Of a stretch of DNA of 54,072 nucleotides, positions 8,559 to 17,920 are shown one piece after another. Made by a program: the position numbers and the translations under genes. This DNA comes from Syntrophobacterales bacterium Delta_01 (lineage in GTDB: Bacteria > Desulfobacterota > Syntrophobacteria > Syntrophobacterales > Syntrophobacteraceae), in contig LUZZ01000012.1 in NCBI GenBank assembly GCA_001603845.1, positions 1-54,072 on the forward strand. The letters are read 5' to 3'. Position 1 is the stretch's first letter, and each line of letters starts with the position of its first letter. Below the pieces are notes generated by a model, which saw only the letters and a list, made by a program, of their open reading frames with translations, had not been told where the DNA came from and ran no database searches.

Positions 8559-11558
8559 ATGGCAACAAGGCTTGAGACGGCCCTTAAGGACCACCTCTTC
8601 GACCCCGAAGGCGCGGGGCTTTGCAGGCGGGTGCGGGACTACTTCGGCTGGGAAATCGGCGAGGCGCGGGTCATCAACATCCTGACCCTCGACGCGCGGC
8701 TTTCCGACGAAGACCTGGAAGCGGTGCGCACTGAAATTTTCACCAACCCGGTGACGCAGGTATCGAAATACGGGAGCCTGGCAGCCGATTTCGACTGGGC
8801 GGTGTGGGTGGGGTTTCGCCCCGGCGTTCGGGACACGGCGGGAAGCGTCGCCATCGAGGCCCTGTGCGACTTTCTGGGCAGATGCCCCGAACCGGGCGAG
8901 GCGGCCTACACGTCGAAACTCTTCCTGCTGAGGCGCGCCCCTCTCGACCGGGACCGGGTGGAAACCCTCGCGCGCGAGCTTCTGGCCAACGACATCATCC
9001 AGCAGTGGAAAGTTTTTTCGCGCGCCGAGTGGAACGATTCCGAGGGGATCGGCATGGTCGTCCCCAAGGTGCTCCTGGCGCACACGCCTTCCGTGGCCCC
9101 AATTCCCATAGAATCGGACGAACAGCTCGCAGCGCTCAGCGACGAGCGCAACCTGGCGCTCAACCGCAACGACATCCCGGTGATCCGCAGGTATTTCCAA
9201 AGGCCCGAAGTCCTTGCCGCACGCGCCGAAGTGGGCCTTTCCGCCCCCACGGACGTGGAACTGGAAGCGATTTCGCAGGCCAGGAGCGATCACTGCAACC
9301 ACAACACGTTTCGCGGAAAATTTTTCTACCGCGACACGGCGACCGGCGAGTCCAGCACGGCGGACAACCTGTTCAAGACCTGCATCGAAGCCCCCACCCT
9401 CGAAATCCAGCGCCGCAAGGAGTGGGTGGTCTCCGTCCTGTGGGACAACGCGGGGGTGGCGCGCTTCGACGACGATTACAACTACTCGGTTACCGGGGAG
9501 ACCCACAACAGCCCTTCGAACATGGAAGCCTACGGCGGGGCGCTCACCGGGATCGTGGGCATCTACCGCGACATCATGGGCACCGGCAAGGGATCGCGCC
9601 TGGTGGCGGGACTCTACGGGTACTGCGTCGGCCCGCGGGACTACCGGGGGCCGCTGCGCCCGCACCTTCATCCCAGGCGCCTTCTGGACGGAATCGTGGA
9701 GGGCGTCAAGGACGGGGGCAACAAGCACGGCGTTCCCACTCCTTTCGGAAACCTGTTCTTCCATCCGTCCTACCTGGGAAAATGCCTGGTGTTCGTGGCA
9801 TCGCTGGGGATCATGCCGCGCCTGATCAACGGCAAACCGGTCGATTTGAAACAGCCCGGAAACGGGGACCTGATCGTGATGTGCGGCGGCCGAGTGGGAA
9901 AAGACGGGATCCACGGCGTCACCGCATCCAGCGAAAGCTATTCGGAACACACCCCGGCGGGTCACGTGCAGATCGGCGACCCGTATCTGCAGAAAAAGAT
10001 GCACGATTTCCTGCTGGAAGCGCGCGACGAGGAACTCATCACCTTCATTACGGACAACGGCGGCGGCGGGCTTTCCTCCTCGGTGGGCGAATCGGCCCGG
10101 ATGGCCGGCGGGGCCTCCGTCGAAGTGGAAAAGGTGCCGCTCAAGTACGAGGGACTCGACGTCTGGGAAATCTGGATTTCCGAGTCCCAGGAGCGCATGA
10201 CGGTCGCCGTCGAGCCGCAAAGCATCGACAGGTTCATGGAACTTTCCCGGATACACGACGTGGAAAGCACGGTCATCGGGAAATACGAAAATACGGGCAA
10301 GTTGCACCTGACCTACAACGGCCGGACGTGCGCCCATATCGACCTGGACTTTTTTTCCGAGGATTTCCCCCAATGGGAGTTCGATGCCGAATGGACGCCG
10401 CCCGCCCTGCGCGGCCTCACCGAACCGGTGCTGGCCGAACCTTCCGATTACGGGCGCGTGCTGCACTCGCTCCTGGCAACCCCCAACCTGTGCAGCCGCG
10501 AATGGATCCAGCGCCAGTACGACCATGAAGTCCAGGGGGGAAGCGCCGTAAAGTTCATGACCGGAAGGGACCGCGACGTGCCCAACGACGCGGCGGTGAT
10601 CCGGCCGGTCCTGGACAGGCGGGGCGGGATCGCGCTCGCCCAGGCCGTCAACCCCTCTTACTCGCAGATCGACACCTACCACATGGTGGCGGCCACCATC
10701 GACGAGGCCGTGCGGCGGGTGATCGCCGTCGGCGGCAGGTTCGACGAAATCGGCGGGGTGGACAATTTCTGCTGGCCCAACATCCAGTTCGACCCGGTCT
10801 CCAACCCCGACGGCCGCTACAAGGCCGCGCAGCTCGTACGCGCCAACTGGGCGCTTCGCGACATCTGCCTCCAGTACGGCATTCCGCTCCTGTCCGGCAA
10901 GGACAGCATGTACGTGGACGGCCACCTGCCGGGAAAATTCGGCGAGCGGCACAAGGTGAGCGGCCTGCCCGCCATGCAGTTCACGGCCACCGGGATCGTG
11001 CCCGACGTTCGAAAATCGCAGACCATGGAGTCCAAGGCGGCCGGCGACCTGGTATACATCGTGGGGACCACCCGCAACGAGCTCGGAGGATCGGCCTATT
11101 ACGGCCTTTTCGGCTACATCGGCCTGAACGTTCCGGAAGTGAAAACGGAAACGTTCGCGCCGCTTTACCGGGCCGTCGAACAGGCGATATCTTCCGGCCT
11201 GGCGGCGTCGTGCCACGGGCTCTACAGGGGAGGACTCGCGGTGGGGGCCGCCATGACGGCAATCGGCGGCGGGTTGGGCATGAGCCTGGATCTTTCACGG
11301 GCGCCCGTTGACGGGGAGGACCGGGCCGGTGACGACCGGCTGCTTTTCAGCGAATCGTGCGGGCGGTTCTTGATGACCGTCCCCAGAGAGAGCCAATCGG
11401 AGTTCGAAAAGATTTTCAAGTCCCTCCCCTGCCGCCTTGCGGGTGAAGTGACCGAAAAACCCGAGCTGGTGATCACCGGGATATCCGGCAGGGAAATCGT
11501 GCGGGAAGCCGTCGCGTCGCTGCGGAAATCCTGGACGGGGAATGCAAACGAGGCATAG
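8559..11558 (+). CDS. purL: phosphoribosylformylglycinamidine synthase, PurL with N-terminal PurS-like domain
   Basis: 999 aa from ATG 8559. The N-terminus LKDHLFDPEGAGL...VRTEIFTNPVTQ resembles PurS. The remainder is FGAM synthase II (SDHCNHNTF, ETHNSPS, AIR-synthase-like repeats). Confidence 0.92.
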   Translation: MATRLETALKDHLFDPEGAGLCRRVRDYFGWEIGEARVINILTLDARLSDEDLEAVRTEIFTNPVTQVSKYGSLAADFDWAVWVGFRPGVRDTAGSVAIEALCDFLGRCPEPGEAAYTSKLFLLRRAPLDRDRVETLARELLANDIIQQWKVFSRAEWNDSEGIGMVVPKVLLAHTPSVAPIPIESDEQLAALSDERNLALNRNDIPVIRRYFQRPEVLAARAEVGLSAPTDVELEAISQARSDHCNHNTFRGKFFYRDTATGESSTADNLFKTCIEAPTLEIQRRKEWVVSVLWDNAGVARFDDDYNYSVTGETHNSPSNMEAYGGALTGIVGIYRDIMGTGKGSRLVAGLYGYCVGPRDYRGPLRPHLHPRRLLDGIVEGVKDGGNKHGVPTPFGNLFFHPSYLGKCLVFVASLGIMPRLINGKPVDLKQPGNGDLIVMCGGRVGKDGIHGVTASSESYSEHTPAGHVQIGDPYLQKKMHDFLLEARDEELITFITDNGGGGLSSSVGESARMAGGASVEVEKVPLKYEGLDVWEIWISESQERMTVAVEPQSIDRFMELSRIHDVESTVIGKYENTGKLHLTYNGRTCAHIDLDFFSEDFPQWEFDAEWTPPALRGLTEPVLAEPSDYGRVLHSLLATPNLCSREWIQRQYDHEVQGGSAVKFMTGRDRDVPNDAAVIRPVLDRRGGIALAQAVNPSYSQIDTYHMVAATIDEAVRRVIAVGGRFDEIGGVDNFCWPNIQFDPVSNPDGRYKAAQLVRANWALRDICLQYGIPLLSGKDSMYVDGHLPGKFGERHKVSGLPAMQFTATGIVPDVRKSQTMESKAAGDLVYIVGTTRNELGGSAYYGLFGYIGLNVPEVKTETFAPLYRAVEQAISSGLAASCHGLYRGGLAVGAAMTAIGGGLGMSLDLSRAPVDGEDRAGDDRLLFSESCGRFLMTVPRESQSEFEKIFKSLPCRLAGEVTEKPELVITGISGREIVREAVASLRKSWTGNANEA

Positions 11559-11665
11559 CGGTGGAGCGGTCGCTTTAAGAGAGGGATGAGCCCACATCCC
11601 ATAACGCCGCGGTTCAGGGCTTGTCCCCGGTACAGGAAGGCACGGCTTTAGGGCCGCTGCCCAAA

Positions 11666-11762
11666 TCGGGTGGGCATGGCTTTTGGGCCTGCTGCCCAAA
11701 AGGATATTAAGGTTCATCAATAGCGGAACGAACGAAAATCCCCCTCTCTGCGATGGGAGGGG
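11666..11762 (-). repeat. structured intergenic repeat, copy B (inverted relative to copy A)
   Basis: The reverse complement aligns with 7849-7944, including gagggggattttcgttcgttccgctattg...gaaccttaatat.cttttgggca.cag. Confidence 0.7.
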
Positions 11763-11919
11763 TTAGGGGAGGGTGTCGTATTTCCGGGCACTGACGACCC
11801 CCTCCCCCATCCCCTCCCACCAAGGGAGGGGAGTAGTCGTGTGGGGTGGGCACGGTTTTACCGTGCCCACCCCTACATCCAGCTCTTTGTTCTCTGTGGT
11901 GGAATCTCGGGGGTATGCA

Positions 11920-12441
11920 ATGCCAAATCCGGTTGTGGGAATTGTAATGGGAAGCGCATCCGACCTGCAGGTCATGGAGGATGCGTTTCGTGTGTTGGAA
12001 AAATTCGGCGTCGAATTCGAAACCAGGATCCTGTCCGCGCACCGCACGCCCGACGAGGCGGCCGCCTATTTCAAGGATCTTTCGGGCCGGGGAATCAAGG
12101 TGCTGATCGCCGGGGCGGGCTGGGCCGCGCACCTGGCGGGGGCCGCCGCCGCCCACACCCAGGTCCCCGTGATCGGCGTCCCCATCGACTCCTCCCCCCT
12201 TTCGGGCATGGACGCTCTTCTGTCCACGGTGCAGATGCCCCCCGGAATCCCGGTGGCCACCATGTCCATAGGCAAGGGAGGGGCTTATAACGCGGCCGTT
12301 TTCACGGTCCGGATTCTGGCCCTCATGGACCCCGAACTTGCGGGCAAGCTTGCCGCCTTCAAAGACGACATGGCGCGGGACATACTGGGAAGGAAAAATC
12401 GCGAACTGGAAGAATACCTGGCGGGCCGTAAGTCGGGTTGA
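11920..12441 (+). CDS. purE: N5-carboxyaminoimidazole ribonucleotide mutase
   Basis: Internal ATG at 11920. VVGIVMGSASDLQVM...SAHRTP...IAGAGWAAHLAG are canonical PurE motifs. 173 aa. Confidence 0.93.
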   Translation: MPNPVVGIVMGSASDLQVMEDAFRVLEKFGVEFETRILSAHRTPDEAAAYFKDLSGRGIKVLIAGAGWAAHLAGAAAAHTQVPVIGVPIDSSPLSGMDALLSTVQMPPGIPVATMSIGKGGAYNAAVFTVRILALMDPELAGKLAAFKDDMARDILGRKNRELEEYLAGRKSG

Positions 12442-12476
12442 AATCGGGGGCCTGAGCCCCCTGCTTCCGCCCCCGG

Positions 12477-12941
12477 TCAGACAATGGTGTCGTAGACCCC
12501 GTTTTTTTTCTCTTTCGCCTGTTCGAAAGCTCTCCTGACGACCTTTTCAGTCCCCCGAGTCAGCTCGTAGGAGGAAAGTTCCGAAAGGGGGATAAACAGG
12601 CACTCCTCCGCATCCGTTGCCGCGACCGGGTTTCCATCGGCCGGCGCTTCACACAAAAAATCCAGCAGGACGTAATGGTATTCGATCCGGCCGCCATCAT
12701 CGAGGATCACCCGGTCGAGAGCGGCGCACAGGTCCAGCACCTTCACGTCCAGCCCCACCTCTTCCAGGACTTCCCTTCGCACGGCGGTTTCCAGGGTCTC
12801 CCCCAGTTCCACCAGGCCGCCCGGAATGGACCACTTGCCCAGTGCCGGCGAATTGCCCCGCTTGATCAACAGCACCCGGTCGTCTCGAAATATGATCGCC
12901 CCGATCCCCACCATGGGCATTTCTGGATAGCGCCTGTTCAT
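12477..12941 (-). CDS. NUDIX hydrolase
   Basis: 154 aa. NUDIX box GGLVELGETLETAVRREVLEEVG. Confidence 0.85.
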   Translation of the reverse strand: MNRRYPEMPMVGIGAIIFRDDRVLLIKRGNSPALGKWSIPGGLVELGETLETAVRREVLEEVGLDVKVLDLCAALDRVILDDGGRIEYHYVLLDFLCEAPADGNPVAATDAEECLFIPLSELSSYELTRGTEKVVRRAFEQAKEKKNGVYDTIV

Positions 12942-13023
12942 TTCCCGGTCCTGAAGAGTTTATCGCTCGATTTGCAGTGAGATTCCCAGTAAGAGCCCCG
13001 GTTGCACGCCCGGCGGCAAAATT

Positions 13024-13674
13024 TCACGGCTTGCAGAGGCGACAGGGCCTGTAGCCGTCGTTGAGCGCGCTCCACCGGTCGGAAAACTTTACACTGTCGG
13101 CGGCCGAAATTTCGCGCGCCCGGCGGCACCCGGGCCTGTGAAAAACACGGGAACCCGAATTCGCGGAATAATAAGGCTCCGGCTTGACGCGGCACGCCCC
13201 CCACTGCCCCCGGCGCTCCCGGATGGCCTCTCGCTGCGCGGCAAGGAAAGTCGAATAAAATTTGGCGCTTTCGTGGTCCCGGTAGACATGGGCATTGCCC
13301 GATTTTATCAGCTCCAGGTTCACGCACGTGCCGTCCGGAGCGTACACCAGAGCGAGAAGCCGGCCGTAATAGTCACGAATCCTGCGGCCGTAGCGAAGAG
13401 TGACCTTCGTTCCCAGCACCATTTTCGCATTGGCCCGCCGTGCTTTTTGCCCGTAGCACTCGGAGGGTTCCCCGTGATGGCCGATCTCCGGAGCGTCGAT
13501 TCCAGCATAGCGCACCTTTTCTCCCGTTTCCAGGACAATGGTGTCGCCGTCTATGACAAACCGCACCTTCCCCTCGACCGGGGGCCGCCCGCCATGCGGC
13601 CGCCCCCTTCCCCATGCGCCGCCGGCCAGCGCCAGGGACAGCAAACATACGATCACGGCGCGCTTCGCAAACAT
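13024..13674 (-). CDS. secreted thermonuclease (SNase) family protein with C-terminal Cys-rich (Ada-like) zinc module
   Basis: Signal-peptide-like MFAKRAVIVCLLSLALAGGAWG. SNase motif FVIDGDTIVL...VRYAGIDAPE. C-terminal FHRPGC...RPCRLC. Start chosen at 13674 (GGAGTGG upstream). Confidence 0.8.
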   Translation of the reverse strand: MFAKRAVIVCLLSLALAGGAWGRGRPHGGRPPVEGKVRFVIDGDTIVLETGEKVRYAGIDAPEIGHHGEPSECYGQKARRANAKMVLGTKVTLRYGRRIRDYYGRLLALVYAPDGTCVNLELIKSGNAHVYRDHESAKFYSTFLAAQREAIRERRGQWGACRVKPEPYYSANSGSRVFHRPGCRRAREISAADSVKFSDRWSALNDGYRPCRLCKP

Positions 13675-13866
13675 TTCCACTCCTGTGACGGGTATCAGGT
13701 CAGATGGCGGATGGCGGATACGCAAGTACCTATCGTCCAGTATCGGGTAACGGATATCGGATGGCGGACCCAGGCATCCGGTACGGAGTATAGCATCCGG
13801 GATTGAGTTCCGGGGGCGATTCTGGTATTGGTGGACCTTGAAAATAATCCTGCAGGAGCGGAGAAC

Positions 13867-14436
13867 ATGAATTACAAACCTGCCCTGGCGATAATTTTCG
13901 CGTTCGCGATTGCCGGGTGTGCCGGCATGGGCACGTCTTTACGAGTCAACCAGGAAACCGTCAATCCCAAGGAAACAAAAACCGCAAAGGCCAGGCACGG
14001 TTGCATTGAAGAAGAGGAAATGGAACTCAGGAGCCACCTGGCAGGCTTCGAAGGGATAACCTCCATCAAGCAGCAGGATGGTTTGATCATGATCATCCTG
14101 GGCTGCGATTATATCTTCGACAAGGATTCGCCCACCATCAGGCCCGGCGCCTGCGGGTTCAACGCCCTGGCGGAAACGCTGAAAGCATACCCGAGGACCA
14201 GCATCATCGTGGACGCTCACACCGACAGCCTGCACTCCGAGGAAAGGAACCTCACGTTGTCGGAATCCAGGGCGGGAGCGATCAAGTCGGCCCTGGTGGA
14301 GCGGGGAGTCGAAGCCTCCCGGATCAAGGCCCGGGGCTGGGGCGAGTCCAAGCCCGCCGCTTCGAACGCCACCGCCGAGGGTCGCCAGTCCAACCGCCGG
14401 GTGACCATCACCGTGCTTCCCCTCAAGTCTTCGTAG
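13867..14436 (+). CDS. OmpA-family lipoprotein
   Basis: Lipobox ...FAIAGC after MNYKPALAIIFA. C-terminal OmpA-like domain (VDAHTDS...NLTLSESRA...NRRVTI). Confidence 0.85.
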   Translation: MNYKPALAIIFAFAIAGCAGMGTSLRVNQETVNPKETKTAKARHGCIEEEEMELRSHLAGFEGITSIKQQDGLIMIILGCDYIFDKDSPTIRPGACGFNALAETLKAYPRTSIIVDAHTDSLHSEERNLTLSESRAGAIKSALVERGVEASRIKARGWGESKPAASNATAEGRQSNRRVTITVLPLKSS

Positions 14437-14452
14437 CGCCGGCACCGCCGCA

Positions 14453-15931
14453 CTATCGCGGCCCCCCTCCCCTGGCGGTCCATTCATACAGGGCTATCGC
14501 CGTGGCCACCACCGCGTTGAGCGACTCGACCCCCGGGCTCATGGGGATCGAAACGCCCCCCCTGCGAAACCGGTCGGGAAGGCCGGGGCCCTCCACCCCC
14601 GGCAGGAGGCCGAAACTCGGCGGAAACCGGAAAGTCGCAATGCTTTCGCCCTCGCTGGACAGGGGAATGATGGGCAACTCGTCCGGAAGGTCGGCAATGG
14701 AAGGGCCTTCCAGCAGTTCGACCCGGAAGACCATCCCCCCCGATGCCCGGATCGCCTTGGGGTGCCACGGATTGGCGGATTCGGCCAGCAGCACCACGCG
14801 CGAAACGCCGAACGCGGCGGCCGACCGTATCACCGCTCCCACGTTTTCCGGGTCCTGGAAGGGAACGAAAAGGGTGCAGCCTTCGGGCAGCGCCTGCGAG
14901 ACGTCCCAGCGGCGCGGTTCGTCGATTTTTACGAGAAGCAGGGGCGATGCCGTTCCGAACACGTCGAGGGCGTCGAAAAGAGCCGGAGCCAGGTTGTACC
15001 AGAAAAGATGAGGGGGCACGCCGGGAGGCGGCGGGACGCGGTCCCCTCGGCTGATCCAGGCGACGCACTTTCCGGGGAAGGACTCCAGGACCTCGGCAAC
15101 CTGTTTCGGGCCGGAAACCAGCGTCTGGAGCTGCTTTCTGATCCCTCGCGGCGTGAGGAGCTTTTTGAGGTCCTTGAAGGTCTCGTTGATCTCGCTTTCG
15201 ATAGTTTTAGCCAAATTTTTCTCCGCAAGTTCCGCCATGCGCGCCCAGGCCGGGGAGTCGGTCCTTTCGAACACCACCAGCCTGCGTTCGTGCGGCGAGT
15301 CCGGGATGCGGTACGGAAGGTCCGCGGCCAGCCGAAAGCGGCCGGGAAAACGCGAAACCGCATCCTTTATCTCTTCTTCGCAGTGCGGCCCCTTCATGAA
15401 TATCGCCAGACCGCCCGGGGCCAGGGAACCCGAGATGCGTTCGAGCGTCCGGGAAACGGCCTCCACGGCCCTGGTGATCACGCCGTTCACCCGCACCTGC
15501 GAACCGGGACCGACGGCGTGGCCCACGATGCTCACCCGGTCCAGCTTCAGCTCGGAAACCACCGCTTCGAGAAAACTCACCCGCTTGCCCCGGCTTTCGG
15601 CCAGGACGAGTTCCAGGTGCGGGAAAGCGATTTTGAGCGGGATGCCGGGCATTCCGGCCCCCGTACCCAGGTCCATCAGGGGGGAAGGCAGCTCGATCAT
15701 TTTTCCGGGCAAAATCGAGTCGGCGTAGAGCTTGAGCACCATGTTGCGGAAGTTATGAATGCGGGTGAGGTTCAATTCCTGGTTGTGCAGCCTCAGCAAC
15801 TGGTGGTATTTCCAGAGTTCTGCGGCCTGGGCGCTGGAGAGGCGGATACCCGACGATTCGAGTATGCGGGCCAGTTGTCCGGCGTCGGGTTCCATGCGGG
15901 TTGGTTGGGAGGTCTTGCCCCTTCCGGGCAT
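14453..15931 (-). CDS. RsmG (16S rRNA m7G methyltransferase)::SpoU/TrmH-family RNA 2'-O-methyltransferase fusion
   Basis: The N-terminal half (NLTRIHNFRNMVLKLYADSI...DLGTGAGMPGIPLKI) is GidB/RsmG-like. The C-terminal half (FQDPENVGAVIRSAAAFG...GVEGPGLP...SLNAVVATAIALYE) is SpoU-like. Start uncertain (15931, 15895 or 15964). Confidence 0.8.
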   Translation of the reverse strand: MPGRGKTSQPTRMEPDAGQLARILESSGIRLSSAQAAELWKYHQLLRLHNQELNLTRIHNFRNMVLKLYADSILPGKMIELPSPLMDLGTGAGMPGIPLKIAFPHLELVLAESRGKRVSFLEAVVSELKLDRVSIVGHAVGPGSQVRVNGVITRAVEAVSRTLERISGSLAPGGLAIFMKGPHCEEEIKDAVSRFPGRFRLAADLPYRIPDSPHERRLVVFERTDSPAWARMAELAEKNLAKTIESEINETFKDLKKLLTPRGIRKQLQTLVSGPKQVAEVLESFPGKCVAWISRGDRVPPPPGVPPHLFWYNLAPALFDALDVFGTASPLLLVKIDEPRRWDVSQALPEGCTLFVPFQDPENVGAVIRSAAAFGVSRVVLLAESANPWHPKAIRASGGMVFRVELLEGPSIADLPDELPIIPLSSEGESIATFRFPPSFGLLPGVEGPGLPDRFRRGGVSIPMSPGVESLNAVVATAIALYEWTARGGGPR

Positions 15932-15987
15932 ATTTGTTTCTTTCTTTATATGATGAGCACCCACGGCACGAGAATTTTACGGCAACC

Positions 15988-16761
15988 ATGAACGCAGACT
16001 TTTTCTTCCATCCTTCCTGGCCCGTTTTCTACCGGGACAACCACCTGCTGGTCCTTTATAAACCCGCCGGCCTTCTCGTTCAAGCAGACCAAACCGGGGA
16101 GCGCGACCTGCTCGGGCTGGGAAAAGCGTGGCTGAAGGACGTGTACGGGAAACCCGGCCGCGTCTTTTTGGGAATGGTGCACCGGCTGGACAGGCCCGTT
16201 GCCGGGGTGGTGCTTTTCTGCCGCACCTCCAAGGCCGCCGGACGGATGAGCGAACAGTTCCGATCTGGCAGCACCGAAAAATACTACGTTGCCGTACTGG
16301 AAGGAGAACTGGAAGCAAAATCCGGGCGGCTCGTCCATTCCATTCTCAGGCGGGAGGGCCGGTCGAGCCTGGTCGTCCCCGAAGGGACTCCGGGGGCGCA
16401 GCAAGCAAGCCTCGGCTACACCGTGCTGGACTCCGGGCGGGGCCGCTCCCTGGTGCGCATCGCGCTGGAAACCGGCCGCCATCACCAAATACGGGTCCAG
16501 TTCGCACACATCGGGCATCCCGTGGCCGGCGACCTGCGCTACGGGGCCCCCGCTCCGCTGCCTCAAAAACAGATCGCCCTGTTCGCAAAAGAATTGGTGG
16601 CAACCCACCCGGTGCGGGGCGAAAAAATGAGTTTCCAGTCTCCCCTGCCCCGTTCCTGGCCGTGGCCGTCGACGGGTCCCCCCTCCTCTCTCTTTTGGAA
16701 CTGGCGGGACATTGCCGCCGAAATCGAGGGGCTTGTCCCGCAAGCCGAAACCGGGCAATGA
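15988..16761 (+). CDS. RluA-family pseudouridine synthase
   Basis: LLVLYKPAGLLVQ...HRLDRPVAGVVLFCRTSKAA catalytic motif. ATG at 15988. Confidence 0.85.
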   Translation: MNADFFFHPSWPVFYRDNHLLVLYKPAGLLVQADQTGERDLLGLGKAWLKDVYGKPGRVFLGMVHRLDRPVAGVVLFCRTSKAAGRMSEQFRSGSTEKYYVAVLEGELEAKSGRLVHSILRREGRSSLVVPEGTPGAQQASLGYTVLDSGRGRSLVRIALETGRHHQIRVQFAHIGHPVAGDLRYGAPAPLPQKQIALFAKELVATHPVRGEKMSFQSPLPRSWPWPSTGPPSSLFWNWRDIAAEIEGLVPQAETGQ

Positions 16762-16878
16762 GCCGGACCTTTGCCCCGCTCACGACCGGACGGCTCCCTT
16801 CCGGCTGCGGCTAGTGAAAAATCCGTTTCAAACCTGCAACTATTTACCGATTTTCCATAGTGAGATGAGCAAAAACAT

Positions 16879-16907
16879 TCAAATACCTACAATTTGGATG
16901 TATAATC
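16879..16907 (+). promoter_or_regulatory. sigma-70-like promoter ahead of the MgtC-family gene
   Basis: TTCAAA (16879-16884), 17 nt, TATAAT (16902-16907), in an AT-rich gap. Confidence 0.4.
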
Positions 16908-16958
16908 GAGTTACATATTAGAAGCGTGCTCAACTCATGCTGCTACGGGGATTTTCGA

Positions 16959-17666
16959 ATGTTCGATTTCACCGAGTCTTCCATCTGGCTGGGCAAACTG
17001 CTTCTGGCGGCGCTTCTAGGAGGCGCTGTCGGTTTCGAACGTGAAACTCATGGGCAGGCGGCCGGTCTGCGGACCAACCTGCTGGTGACCATGGGTTCAT
17101 GCCTCATGATGATGCTCTCGCTGCACATTCCGGAACTGTTCCAGGGCCTGGACGCCACGTCGAACCTGCGTATCGACCCGGCGCGAATCGCCTCCTACGC
17201 GGTGGCGGGCATGGGCTTCCTGGGCGGCGGCGCAATCCTCAAGGGACGGGGTTCCGTAAGGGGGCTCACCACCGCCGCCAGCCTGTGGCTCAATACGGGC
17301 GTCGGACTGTCCGTCGGGTCCGGGTATTTCATGCCGGCCATCTTCGCCACTCTCATCAGTTTGGTGATCCTCTACAATCTGCGGTTCATGAAAATGATTT
17401 TCGGGCACGAAGTCGCCACCGTCCTGGCTATTGCCTGCCACAGCGATGAAAAACCGTTGCGGCGGATTCGATCCATCCTTTCCAAGTATCCGGACCTGGA
17501 CGTCACCTTCATCAACTACTTTCTGGACATCCCCGGCCACACGGTTCATTACAAGATACGGACCACGTGTAAGAAAAACGCCCCGTTCGGCAAGATCATC
17601 ACCGAACTGCGAACCGAGGTCCCGGGCATACGAGAAATCACGTGGGAAGAAGGCGACGTTCCGTAA
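16959..17666 (+). CDS. MgtC/SapB family membrane protein
   Basis: LLLAALLGGAVGFERETHGQAAGLRTNLLV is the MgtC signature. Hydrophobic N-terminal half and soluble C-terminal domain. Confidence 0.85.
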   Translation: MFDFTESSIWLGKLLLAALLGGAVGFERETHGQAAGLRTNLLVTMGSCLMMMLSLHIPELFQGLDATSNLRIDPARIASYAVAGMGFLGGGAILKGRGSVRGLTTAASLWLNTGVGLSVGSGYFMPAIFATLISLVILYNLRFMKMIFGHEVATVLAIACHSDEKPLRRIRSILSKYPDLDVTFINYFLDIPGHTVHYKIRTTCKKNAPFGKIITELRTEVPGIREITWEEGDVP

Positions 17667-17920
17667 AGCGGCACGGGCCTGCAGGCCGCTTCCCGCCCTC
17701 CTCCCGGCTTTTCGGAACAATTTGGAGTCGCCCGGCATCTGTGATAGTGTGAAGCCTTGCCGGGAACCCCGCGGGAAATTCCTTTCTTCGAACTCGGTTT
17801 CCATCTTACCTGTTCGTGCTGCAAGCTCCCCTTCCCGGCACAGGTCGAGCGCAGTTTTCCGAATCGCCGTTCCCTTTTTCACACGTCCCAGGCAGTATAC
17901 TGACCAAGGAGGAGCACGCA

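Noticed and set aside
8526-11216. Very long ORFs antisense to real genes. Examples: 8526-11216(-) opposite purL, 3121-4767(-) opposite rplT/pheS, 4849-6816(-) opposite pheT, 24944-26653(-) opposite hdrA, 27091-28731(-), 28293-29567(-), 49312-50937(+) opposite the sigma-54 activator, and 46746-48008(+) opposite the Cdc48-like gene.
   Set aside because: Their translations are Arg/Gly/Pro/Ala-rich and low-complexity with no motifs, which is typical of stop-poor alternative frames in high-GC DNA. The opposite strand encodes unmistakable conserved proteins.
11826-11837. ggggagtagtcg upstream of purE, resembling the 5' motif of the Mn riboswitch.
   Set aside because: It is part of a GGGAGGGG-type repeat. 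The 3' half of the riboswitch is missing, and the context (purE) does not fit.
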